Assembly: GCA_017499595.2 (NCBI GenBank)
Contig: CM039000.1
Coordinates: 930,001-994,000, forward strand
Reading direction: 5' to 3'
Source: Psilocybe cubensis
Lineage: Eukaryota
DNA length: 64,000 bases
Below, in pieces: positions 52,689-64,000 of the stretch. The notes beneath the pieces were generated by a model. The model was not told where the DNA came from, made no database searches, and was given only the letters and a program-made list of their open reading frames with translations. A program made the position numbers and the translations under genes. Position 1 is the first letter of the stretch. Each line of letters opens with the position of its first letter.

Positions 52689-54192
52689 TCAGAGATTTGT
52701 CAGGTCAGGTATGGTTATGATGTCGCCATATCTCTTGCGGACAACTCCTAGGATTGTAATTTAGCTTTGAGCATAATCCAACATCTGGTTACATACCATG
52801 TTGCCATGTGAATAATTCAACAGGCGCATTTGTCACCTCAGAATTCAGACTGTTGCATATATCCGTGAAGCGAGCAAAGGCCTGACTAGCTGAAAGTTGA
52901 TTGGGGTCATTTGCGTCAACTAACAAGTCGAAGAATGGCCCCAGTTCAGGAATTTTGTGTTCAAGGTGCTGACATATCATTAATTTTCATAAGAAAGCAG
53001 TAGAACATCTATAATCACAAGGGAGCTTACCCTGACATATGTTTGAAGACATGTGCCCATGAAAGCAACGTCCATTCGAAATGGATTGTACGGATATGTA
53101 ACTGAATTAGGGGGCACACCGTGCAAATGAAAGTTGAGGTCACGTCGCGAGATCCGTGCCTCTTCAATAACAGTATCATCCGGGAAAATCATGGAGCCAC
53201 CAAAATCAAAGAGGGCATATTGAACTTCCTTTGGGTCTCGTAGTCCTGTTCTACGAATCGTTTCGGATGATTCCAAGACGACATTCATCCCAATGTTCTG
53301 TGCAAGGCAGTCTAGATGAACAATTTTATGGCGGTGTAAAAAATCAAAAGTCTGTTACAACCTGATCAGTCTACATTCCAATATGAGTGTGTAGTGGTTT
53401 AGTTTGCTTACTTCGAAAACTGTTTTTGCATACGACAAAAGCTCGGAAACGTTATCGAATTCAGGGAGGATGGAACTATCCCATCTTTTGGACAATTAGT
53501 CGTGAATGTTGAGTGGTTTAAAAAACAAAGCTTCACCTGGGCATCACTACAAAAATGAATCTGTCGAAAGTGATGTATTCGATAGCATGAATGGTATGGT
53601 TCGCTGGATCCGCTCGTAACTTTTTGCTGTTAAGGAGTTTCAAGACCTTCAGTTCATTAGATTCTTTTTCTACCTCCGATACCACCCTGCAAATACATCG
53701 AATTAAACAATATAGAGAGCAGTAGACTGGATTGAAGGCTTACTTGATTATAACATCCCTTCCAAGAGAATCTCGAGCTGCCCAGATACGTATCGACCAT
53801 GCTTTCCTTGGGTTGAGATTTCTGCTTGGGACCTGGCGAGCATAAGGGTACATCGTAGTCTTTGTGGAAGGGGGGGAATGAGGAGGATTTAAATCACCAA
53901 AGCTGTCGGGGTCTCTTTGATACATTGTATATCCTCGTGAAGCAAAGAAAGGAAGTAGAAATAACCAAATGCTTTGTACATAGATTAAGTCGGCGTCCAT
54001 GTTTTCCAAGTCCTTGTGGTACCAGTCGGCAAGAGTGTTTGGAAAGATCAGCTTGGACCTCCAGAGATGACACGTCCAAATGAGAGTTTCCCAATAGGAC
54101 TCGAGTTTGATTACTCTAATGCGGACCCGTTTGGTAGTCATGAATATTACGACAGGAAGGATAGCTAGAACGGTGAGGAACACAATGACCAT
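52689..54192 (-). CDS. AgaK1-like kinase, copy 9
   Basis: Starts MVIVFLTVLAIL; contains GRDVIIK, HLDCLAQN, FDFG, YNPFRMD. Confidence 0.85.
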
Positions 54193-55450
54193 AATGTGAG
54201 AAATACAGACGTTTGACGAGTACCGTGGTGACCAATTGGACGTTTAAAGTGATCCCCGCCTATTTAAGTATCCCCCAACATCCCATTCTCTTACACAGAG
54301 AAGTCACAGGTCTATTCGCAACTTACCATTGAACACAACATGAATGTAATCATTACGCGACCCAGAAAAGAGCTTGGAGTTGAATGAAATTGAGACTCTA
54401 TATGAGGTTCTGACTCATCATGAAGTGAGATTAGTTATTGGGAGCTTCAAAAAAACGGTGAAGAAAAATAGTCAGAATATTCTAGGTCATACATAATAGC
54501 CGGTAAACGCCGAGAGGAAGAGCCGGGTGTCGGGGGCCGGAAACGTCACTGTTTTTCATCACTAGCAGCTCTTCTCGTTAAAACCTATCATGGTCTTCCA
54601 TTTGCAGCGTGTGAGCTGTGTTGGATACTAGTGTCTGGGGGCATGGAATCTCAACGCTTGATGCAGATGAATTCACGACGGATGATAGCCTTGCTATATT
54701 TGTGCCATTGTTCTATTGTAGTAGTTGACGACCGCATTCCCTGTCGAACACATAGATCGACAATCTGAAATCCACAGGCTTCTCCTAAACTCCTCCAGCA
54801 GATGAGCAAGAAAAAATCTAATAAAGACTTATCGTCTACTGATTGAGTCACAACTGAAAGGATTCACACCACATGGCATGACCGATACGACGGTACGTCT
54901 GGAATCAATATACCTCTCTATAGGTTTTCTGGCTTACATGTGCATTCGGCATTCGGTCGTTCAGAAATTGTTACTCAATGACCATATCTGCTTTAGAAAG
55001 ACGCATATTAGTGTAGTTCGCGATGTATTGGAGGGAGAAACTGAGAAAATAGTATTGTCACGGTCGGCCGTATCTAAAGCAGCTTCCAGAAGCAGATATG
55101 CCTTTGCGTTATCTTTGACTGCGGAATATCACACTAAAGCATACCCACAATCCGTATGGTAGTTAGTCATAGTAAAGTATACAGTATAGTTTCATTCAAC
55201 TCGTTCGAGCGTGATGGGAGTTCTTAGGCGGCATAGACCAAGAACTGCAATATTTACCAGTGGATTAGTCAATGAAACTGTTGATATTACATTGAGACTA
55301 TTGCTTTTAGTACTTCTACGTACCGCTGTATAGATGACTTCCGCTACGCAAATTACCCTGCTAGACTTAGACATTGTTGCTCCCGAGTTTCTAAATTTGC
55401 ATATTGAGTGTCGCGCGAACACCGACTTAAGGTTGACATTGTAGAGCTTG

Positions 55451-56955
55451 TCAGAAATCTGTTGGGTCAGGTATGGTAATGATATCGCCATATCTCTTTA
55501 GGACAGCTCCTAGATCGCAACTTCAGCTTTGAGCATAAATTTACATCAGGTTACCTACCATCTTGCCAAATGAAGGCTTCATTAGGAGCATTTGCTACCT
55601 CAGGGCTAAGACCATTGCATATGTTTGTAAAGCGAGAAAAGGCCTGACTGGCTGAAAGTTGATTGGGGTCATTGACATCAACCAATGAGTCGAAGAACGG
55701 CCCCAACTCGGGAATTCTGTTTTCAAGGTGCTAAAATGTCAGCAATTTTTATCAGAAAACATGAAACCATCAATCATCGAGAAGATACTCACTCTGACAT
55801 ATGTTTCAAGGGAGTTACCCATGAAAGCAACATCCATCCGAAATGGATTGTACGGGAAAGTAACTGATTCAGGCGGGACGCCATGCAAACCAAAGTTGAG
55901 GTCCCGCCGCGAGATACGCGCCTCTTCAATGTTAGTATCCTCTGGGAAAATTTCAGAGGCACCAAAATCAAAAAGGGCGTATCGAACCTCCTTTGGATCT
56001 CGTAGTCCTGTTCTACGACTGGTTTCCGAGGACTCCAAGACGGCGTTCATACCAATATTCTGTGTAAGACAGTCTAAATGCACGACTTTGTTGCGGTGCA
56101 AAAAGTCAAACGTCTATCACGGCCTAATTAATACTTGTTCCAATGTGATTATGTACTAGTTTATTTTGCTTACCTCCAGAACTGTTTTGGCAAACAACAT
56201 TAGTTCCGAAACGGTTTCGAATTCAGGGAGAATGCTACTATCCCATCTTTGAAAACTTAATCGCAAATATTCTTCAGTAGCTTAAACATGGGAGCCTACC
56301 TGGGCATCACTACAAAGATGAATTTATCGAAAGTAATGTAGTCGAGGGCGTAGATAGTATGATTTCCCGGGTCGGATCGCAATTTTTTGCTATTAAGGAG
56401 TTGCATGACCTTCAGTTCATTCGATGGTTTGTCGACCTCCGATATCACCCTAAGTGTCCAGAGTTGAATAGATGGAAGGAATTAGGCTGGATTGAAGGCT
56501 TACTTGATCATAACATCTCTTCCGAGAGCATCACGAGCTGCCCAGATACGTATTGACCATGGTCTCCTGGGGTTGAGACTTCTGCTTGGGACTTGACGAG
56601 CATAAGGATACGAAGTGGTCTTCGCAGCAGGGGGGAATTGAGGAGGATTTAGATCGCCAAAGCTGACAGGGTCTCTTTGATACATTGCATATCCTCTTGA
56701 AACAAAGAAAGGGAGTAGAAATATCCAGATGCTTTGTACGTAGATAAATTCGGCGTCCATGTTTTCCAAGTCCTTGTGATACCAGTCGGCAAGAGTGTTT
56801 GGAAAGATTAGCCTAGACCTCCAGAGACGACACGTCCAAACGAGAGATTCCCAATAGGACTCGAGTTTGATTACTCTAATGCGGACCCGTTTGGTGGTCA
56901 TGAAAATCACGACAGGAAGGACAGCTAGAATAGTGAAAAAAGCAATGACCATCAT
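55451..56955 (-). CDS. AgaK1-like kinase, copy 10
   Basis: Starts MMVIAFFTILAVL; contains GRDVMIK, HLDCLTQN, FDFG. Exon 1 is very similar to that of copy 9. Confidence 0.85.
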
Positions 56956-57420
56956 GTGGGAAAGGCAGACATTCAACGTTCAACTTAGCTCGGAAAGTTT
57001 AGGTACTTATAGTCTTATAACGGCATGACGTCGGCCCATTTTATTGGTATCATTACCAGGTGTGTATACTTGCCGGGGCCGCCAGCCGATGGACCGGTGG
57101 GCGTTCCGTTAACTTGCATGATATTGTGAATCTTTCGCTCAATAGTCGATATCTGAGGAAGCTTCATTTACCAAGTAAAGCACTAAAACACCATAACGAC
57201 AATGACAGTCTGATCATATTTCTTCGAATCTACGCACAGTTAGACAGAAAACTACTATTACATAGCACGTCCTGTATATTCCAATCACCGTTCAATATAG
57301 TGCAGGAAATCATAGCAGAATCGTCCAATGTTTGTCAGATAAGACATCACTCATACACAATTAATATCCACACTCACATTTACACGTCATGGCGGATTTA
57401 TTGGTAGAGGTGTCTTAAGG

Positions 57421-57789
57421 CTAAGTAACGACCTCCAGGAAATCTTCGGGAACGCCGAGAATGTTTGTTCCTGTGGTCCCTGATTTGACCATGTAGGTTA
57501 CATTCCCTAACTGCAATTTCCATCAAGTTCATTGAGTAATTTCTTCAACAGAGAGAGGTCATATTTGAGACATACAGTACGGATATTGAATTGGCCAGTT
57601 GAGACCTGGGATTCGACTACTTGTCCAACAAGACCTTTCGGCGCTCTGTAAACCCCTCCGTTACTGACATAATCTTTTGTGAATCGGACAAATATCCCGT
57701 CTTTGAACTTCAAGTGCCATGGTCAGCATATCGACAATAGAGTGCAAGTGAAATAAACATACCTTTGCTTTCGAAACTCCGTTGGGCAT
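57421..57789 (-). CDS. Small hypothetical protein, 82 aa, 3 exons, possibly an SH3/KOW-like beta barrel
   Basis: Exons 57789-57763, 57707-57576 and 57510-57421, with GTATGT donors and 55/65-nt introns, join in frame. A TATAAA lies about 120 bp upstream. Confidence 0.65.
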
Positions 57790-59699
57790 GGTGTGAAATA
57801 TAGAGGTAGATGCTTTAAAATCGAAGAATGGGTGGAAAGACTGGTACTATAAAGTAGATGTAAGGATAAGCAGGTGCAAGAGCTCTTAAATACATCTTGA
57901 CAAAGTTTATACTCCGCGTTCAATGATGAATCTTTCAAGGAAAACTTTGTGTCAGGCGTCTCATACGATTAGGTGTGGATCGTTTTCTTCTTCACCATGA
58001 GGCTGTGAGAAGTGACATACCCACAAGGGTACCACCGCTGACTCACAGATGATATTCATCAGACCTGAATCTTTCCGGTTACGGGTCCAGGTGGAGTTTT
58101 GGAGAAGGGGTAATGACCAACCTTTGTGAGCGCAAATGGTGCACGACAGCTTCTTGGATGTGGCAAATTTGATAACAGGCGTCGGACCTATAGATAGAGG
58201 TGTATTCTCAGTGCCCTTTTAATATTTTCAACTATAAGAACCGAATTAAAGGAAACAGGAATCCCAAGAGTCCACAATGAGATAATTGACTACGAACACA
58301 AAAACAAAGCTTACCAATATTGTTGAAATCTATTGGATTGCATGGTTATCTTGATTCTAAGCGCGCCACTCGTTGCCCGCCGAGCCTTGAGAAATACACA
58401 TATTTCCATTTAAGATGATGGCGGATAAATGGCGAGTATGACTCGATGCTTCAGTTCCCAAGGTAAGAAATCCGACCAAAGTTGTCAACCAGTGGCCCTA
58501 TGGTGGCTGAAGCTCCGGGTGTTGTTTGTTTTTTTAAATCTTCTGGAAGATGTCAAAGAATGGAACTAGCATATATAAATAACACACACACACACAATCG
58601 AAAGTGGTAGACCATTCCCAAGATTCATGCCTTCCTAGATTTCCTTGGACAAATCCAACGGTCATTTATATCAAACATAGCCTGTCATTTTGTAGCCATG
58701 ATTAGGGAGAATCTCGCTTTATCTCAAGCAAAGATCCGACTGGAGAGATTCTAGACACTTGACCATTGTCTATAGTTCTCGGAACACAGATATCGCGATA
58801 CAAAAACCAACTACAGGAGTTTTCGATATGAAAATCTTCTTCACGAACCGTGAGTATCAGATGAAAGAAGTTCGATTGTACGGCGCCATGCAAGCCGGGC
58901 TTTCCGATCACAAGTAGATTTTGACTAAGAACCGGCGATGAGAGAGTGCTAGCCAGATTGAGAATAACAAGATACGGGAAACAGCGGGGCAAGATGCTCG
59001 TTTTAATACTACACAGCGGGTATGAGGGACGATGGGAGCTAACAGCTGTGATGTTGTTTGCCGTCGACGTAGGTACCGTTGTTAGAGTCGGGAAGACTAT
59101 TGGTGTCGTATGGTATGAATGTTGAGTTCAATAACAGTACAGCCAGGTGCCGAAGAGGCTGAAGAACCGGTCTTCCATACCCTCAATTGAGTGTGTGCTA
59201 GGGGCAGAGATTAATGATAAGCTCTCACTCAGTTGCCCAGTTGCTTCACGGCGACAGTAAGACGTGGAGACAATCGAGCTGCTGGTTAAAATAGAGCAAA
59301 TACAAATGCAGGCGGAGATGAAGAACTATCACTCGTCAACAGCAAAGGTGAGTGGCGAAAGGTCATGGTGGACGCATAAAATCATGCAGCGGAGACATAG
59401 CCTGCCCCTCCGAGAGTCTTTGGCGTGCTGGCATGACAGGTAAGATTAGGTTTAGTAGCAACACACAATGTTGCTGATCATATCGAGTAGCGGGGGCGGT
59501 ATCCGAGATGTCTTTGAACGAGAGAGGGTGTCAATGTATGTTTGTTTCCAGAGATCATTCAGGAGGTGGTGGCATGGCTACGGCATTGAGAGAAGGTCGC
59601 CGAATTTTTGTACGAGTTGCCCTTGAGAAAGCTAATACGGTTGAAATGGGACCTGAATGCATACCATATTTCCTTCCGAAATATTACGCGAGTTCCATG

Positions 59700-60500
59700 C
59701 CATTGAAATGTCAACGCCTTTATGCATCTTGTTAGACGAGAGTTGATTTGGGCCATTCATGTCAACAAGCGGTGCGAAGGATGAACCAAGCTCAGATTTA
59801 CTTGGAGATTGCAACAACGTCCTCAACGTAAACGAACTCACGCTGACGTATACTTGCAGTCATTTCTGTTGTGATGAATGATTTGGACGGGTGTTGGAGC
59901 ATTTCGATTGGTGCGACGTGTAATCCAAAAGGGGGGGATGGGTTATAGACAGATCCTCATAAGCGTCGTTTGTAAGAGCCAAGGCACCGAAGTTATAGAA
60001 AGTAGATTAAGCTTCATAGTGCTGTCGAATTCCTGTATACGCCCAGTTTGCAGTGATAAAGCTTGAGTCGATTATTGACCCTACGTATGTTGTATGTGTA
60101 GTAGCAATCGTCGGAGTAGCTGCAGTTCGAAAAAGGTGGCCCGAATGTAAGACGATGCCCCTTCCAATTACATCGCAGGAAGCACAGTGACCACATCTGC
60201 TTTCATTCTGGCACGCTCGTTAGGGCTTGAAGGTATGGCACAATCTTGGCCACCCGAAAAAGAGGGGTGAAATCTGTGCTTTTATCACATACCCGCAAGA
60301 GGCAAACAACAGCCATATGAGCACCCATTGAACACTTTACACAAAATCTCCTCCTTCTCGTCCAAATCCTTCTGGAAGCGCTACTTTCAAGGACATCAGG
60401 TCCAAACAAAATTTTCACAATGTGAGTCAAGGCGTTGATTCAGTGTCGGATCCATTTGGTGGCCATGAACTTTGGATGAAGAGGGTCTCAATGGTCTTGA
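59700..60500 (-). pseudogene. Heavily degenerate kinase copy
   Basis: Remnants of RLDSHCENFVWT, PLFRVAKIVPY, QVYVS|gtgagt and SELGSSFAPLVDMNGPNQLSS, with many indels. Confidence 0.75.
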
Positions 60501-60983
60501 AAGTGCAAAAGGGAGGTAGAACGCCTCCAAGGGAAGGATGTGGATGTGCAAGTTGACGAAGGATTGTCGATGAGGGTAGGGACTATGAGGGTCTGAAACC
60601 AAGGAAATGAGGTCACGTTACGCCTCTTCGCGAAGAGGGTGCATGGACCACCTTGTCACAAGCTAGATCAAGCATCGTTGTCCTTTCATACTGCAAGATC
60701 GGGATAACAGGTATTATTCATGTGCCTTGGAGTTTACAGTCAAGCATGATAATCCCAAAAAGTCGTGATTTAGACGGGCAGTACTAGCAGCCCAGCGAGC
60801 GTTCATACCAAACCATCGAAGTTCATTAGTTCGGATCCTTGGAAATTTTTGCTTGCTAGTAATTTCCCGTCCTGGTTCTGAGGAGGAGGCGTCTTCCATC
60901 ACGTCGGCATGTGCGAGGTTTCAAGTTCACGAAGAATTGTGATAGTATAGATGCGATAGCTGTTAAAGTAGTCAGGGATATGG

Positions 60984-62493
60984 CTAGTCGAGGATTGTTA
61001 TAACATCACCAGATCTTTTCTGAACTACTCCTGGACGAGAAATGCCAGTTAATTTTGAGCATAAGTTTGGCGTCTGATGACATACCGTCTTCCCAGATGA
61101 AGGCGTCAAGAGGAGCGCAAGCCACTTGAGGAGCAAGATCATCGAATATCTTTGCAAAGCGAGCCAGGGCTTGGCTAGCCGAAAGTTGGTTGGGGTGATT
61201 CACGTTAACCAATGAGTCAAAGAAAGGTTCAAGCTCGGGAATCTTGTTTTCAAGATGCTAAAATGCCAACAATGTAGTTAGAAAGCAGTACACCTTCGAC
61301 CACCGCAAGAGACCTCACCCTGACGTATGTTTGAAGACATGTGCCCATGAAAGCGATGTCCATTCGAAATGGATTGTATGGGTATGAGACACTTTCGGAC
61401 GGAACACCATGTAGGTCAAAGTTAAGGTCTCGCCGTGACATCCGCGCTTGTTCAATGACAGTATCCTCAGGAAAGGATACAGAGCCGCCAAAATCGAATA
61501 GGGCATATCGAACTTCCTTTGGATCCCTTAGTCCTGTTCTTCGACTCGTTTCCGAAGATGCCATAACCGCATTCATGCCAATGTTTTGAGGGAGACAATC
61601 TAAGTGCACAATTTTATTGCGGTGTAAAAAATCAAAAGTCTATTACAGATTAACCTATTACTGTTCCAATAAGTCTGTGTAGTTCATTTGCTTACCTCGA
61701 GAACTGTTTTGGCAAAGTGCATGAGCTCAGACACATTGGCGAATTCCGGACGGATAGCACTATCCCATCTTTACAAAAAATAAATGCAAATATTAAGCAA
61801 GGTTTGAAGACACCCACCTAGGCATCACCACGAAGACAAATTTGTCAAAAGTGATGTATTCAAGGGCATGGATTGTATGATTAGCCGGATGGGAACGCAA
61901 CTTTTGACTATTAAGAAGCAGCATAGTCTTCAGTTCGTCCGATGGCTTGTCAACCTCTGATATCACTCTGTGAATATTTAATATTGACAAGAAGTGGTTC
62001 AGTTGAACGCTTATTTGATTATAACGTCCCTTCCAAGTGCATCGCGAGCTGCCCAGATTCGTATTGACCATGATATTCTTGGGTTGGGAGTCTTACTTGG
62101 GACCTGACGTGCATATGGGTACGACGTGGTCTTTGCGGCAGATGGTACACAAGGAGGAATTAAGTCGCCAAAGCTGACAGGGTCTTCTCGGTACATCAAG
62201 TACCCCCGCGAGAGAAAAAATGGGTGTAAGAGCAGCCAGATACGCTTTACGTAGATTAAATCCTCGAAAAAGGTTTCTTCGCTCTTGTGATACCAGTCCT
62301 CAAGTGACTTTGGAAAGGAAGTTCGTGTATTGATCCAAGCCAGGCGCCATGTCCAAACCAGACTCTCCCAACCAGAGTCGAGCTTGGTGAATCTGACTTG
62401 TACACGTTTGGTGGTCACTACGATCAAGGCAGGAAGGAAAACAACAAAAGCCAAAGTAATGATATCCATGGAGAGAGGAACAAAGGCGAACAT
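60984..62493 (-). CDS. AgaK1-like kinase, copy 11
   Basis: Starts MFAFVPLSMDII; contains GRDVIIK, HLDCLPQN, FDFG, YNPFRMD. Confidence 0.85.
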
Positions 62494-62863
62494 TTGAACA
62501 TTGATATTACATAAAGCCTATATTCAGAGTGGAGGCAACTAACGGCATAATGACAACTATGATTTTCCGGCGTGAGAAGATACGCATTAACACCAAGGGC
62601 ACAGGTAGCCTGGACTGTGTGTGTATCACATATATGTGGCTCAACACCAATTCGTAGATAATCTCCATGAAATCTGCTTCGAGATTTACATCATAGTATT
62701 GTTAGGGTGTTTTGTTCCGCATCTTATACCTTATTACAACTGAGCGCCGTCACGGTGGCAGGGGATTCCTGTCGTTTGCAAAAAAAATCATAGATTCAAC
62801 CAAAAAAATTACAAGGCAACATCATTGATTCATCTCAGAACAGTCGTGCACTCAAAAATCGAG

Positions 62864-64000
62864 CTACTCAGTAATTGTTATAACATCCCCATCTTTCTTG
62901 TAGACAACACCGCCTTAGAAAACTACGTGAGCTTGAAGAATAAAATTAGCATTTCATCACATACCTCGGCACCAAATGAAACCGTCAAAGGATGCACTAG
63001 CCACCTCGGGGCTAAGATTATTGGATATCTCTGTAAAGCGAGCCAGTGCCTGGCTTGCTGAAGGCTGATTGGGGTCATTGATGTCAATTAAGGAGTCAAA
63101 GAATGGCCCAAGCTCTGGAATTTTACTTTCGAGGTGCTGAAGCGTAGATTATCTATCAGAAATCTGGACGGCATTAATCACGGCAAGGAAACTCACCCTA
63201 ACATATGTTTGAAGACATGTGCCCATGAATGCAACATCCACTCGAAATGGGTTGTATGGGTAAGTAATTGATTCCTTCGGTATGTAATGCCGGTCAAAGC
63301 TGAGAACGTGGTCCATACGCGCCTCTTCAATGACAGTGTCCTCAGGAAAAATGACAGCAGCATCAAAGTCAAAGAGGGCATAGCGAACTTCTTTTGGATC
63401 CCGTACTCCTGTCCTGCGATCTATTTCCGCAGTGGTCATAACAGCATTCATCCCCATATTTTGTGCAAGGCAGTCTAGATGTACAATCCTGTTGCGGTGT
63501 AAAAAATCAAAAGCCTATTTTGAGCTGTTCAGTAGATGTCTCAACGCGATCAGCGTGTTGTTACCTCGAGGATTATCTTGGTGAAATGCATAAGCTCGGA
63601 AACATTGGCAAATTCAGGAAAGATAGCACTATCCCATCTTTACAACATGAATATGAGCGCGACCCGATGATCAGAAACATTAGCGCCTACCTGGGCATCA
63701 CCACAAATACAAATTTGTCGAAAGTAATGTATTCGATGGCGTAGATGGTATGGTTAGCGGGGTCGGATCGCAGCCTTTTGCTGTTAAGCAGTTGCATGAC
63801 CTTCAGCTCATTTGACGGGTTGTCGACTTCAGATATCACCCTGAAAATATGAAAGGTGATCAACAAGTGGGGTAAACTCGATGGATACACTTACTTGATT
63901 ATAACATCTCTTCCAAGTGCATCGCGAGCTGCCCATATACGTGGTGCCCATACAGCCCTCGGGATGGGAGTCTTGCTTGGGAGTTGACGAGAATAAGGGT
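62864..64000 (-). CDS. AgaK1-like kinase, copy 12 (DFD variant; 5' end beyond window)
   Basis: Nearly identical to copies 3 and 7; HLDCLAQN, ALFDFDAA. Confidence 0.85.

Noticed and set aside
58582-58596. Short (CA)n tract; also (GTC)n at about 38813-38831
   Set aside because: Ordinary short microsatellites. The second derives from the Asp run of the HOS2 relic.
58700-59420. Possible minus-strand coding remnants
   Set aside because: No consistent open spliced frame or recognisable homology.
39858-61589. Recurrent plus-strand ORFs (MKATS...SKRAYRTSFGSR) in many kinase copies
   Set aside because: They are antisense shadows of conserved exon 4, and recur because of paralogy.
34905-64000. Idea that the repeated unit is a transposon or a CRISPR-like array
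   Set aside because: The units are intron-containing kinase-like genes with no transposase/RT motifs, terminal repeats or regular repeat-spacer pattern.

Overview
Eukaryotic, intron-rich DNA (short GT-AG introns of about 50-70 nt) that looks like a mushroom-forming basidiomycete; this taxonomic call is inferred from gene content and intron style. The left part holds two tandem Argonaute genes. One keeps a full DEDD slicer tetrad and the other has Gly in place of the first catalytic Asp. They are followed by a glyoxalase-like gene, PER1 and a family-1 (sterol-type) glycosyltransferase. From about 18.9 kb to the window end lies an array of one atypical, N-terminally membrane-anchored protein-kinase-like family (AgaK1-like), all on the minus strand. 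It contains 11 complete copies plus one cut by the window end, 2 pseudogenes and 2 fragments. The array surrounds a HOS2 / PFS2 / hypothetical-gene block. Decayed relics of those three genes lie between kinase copies and record how the array grew. Also seen: an intact orphan pair of last exons that may be an alternative C-terminus, a chimeric kinase copy, a small MITE-like inverted repeat, and a hidden 82-aa three-exon gene. Gene boundaries were derived by hand from splice signals and are approximate.
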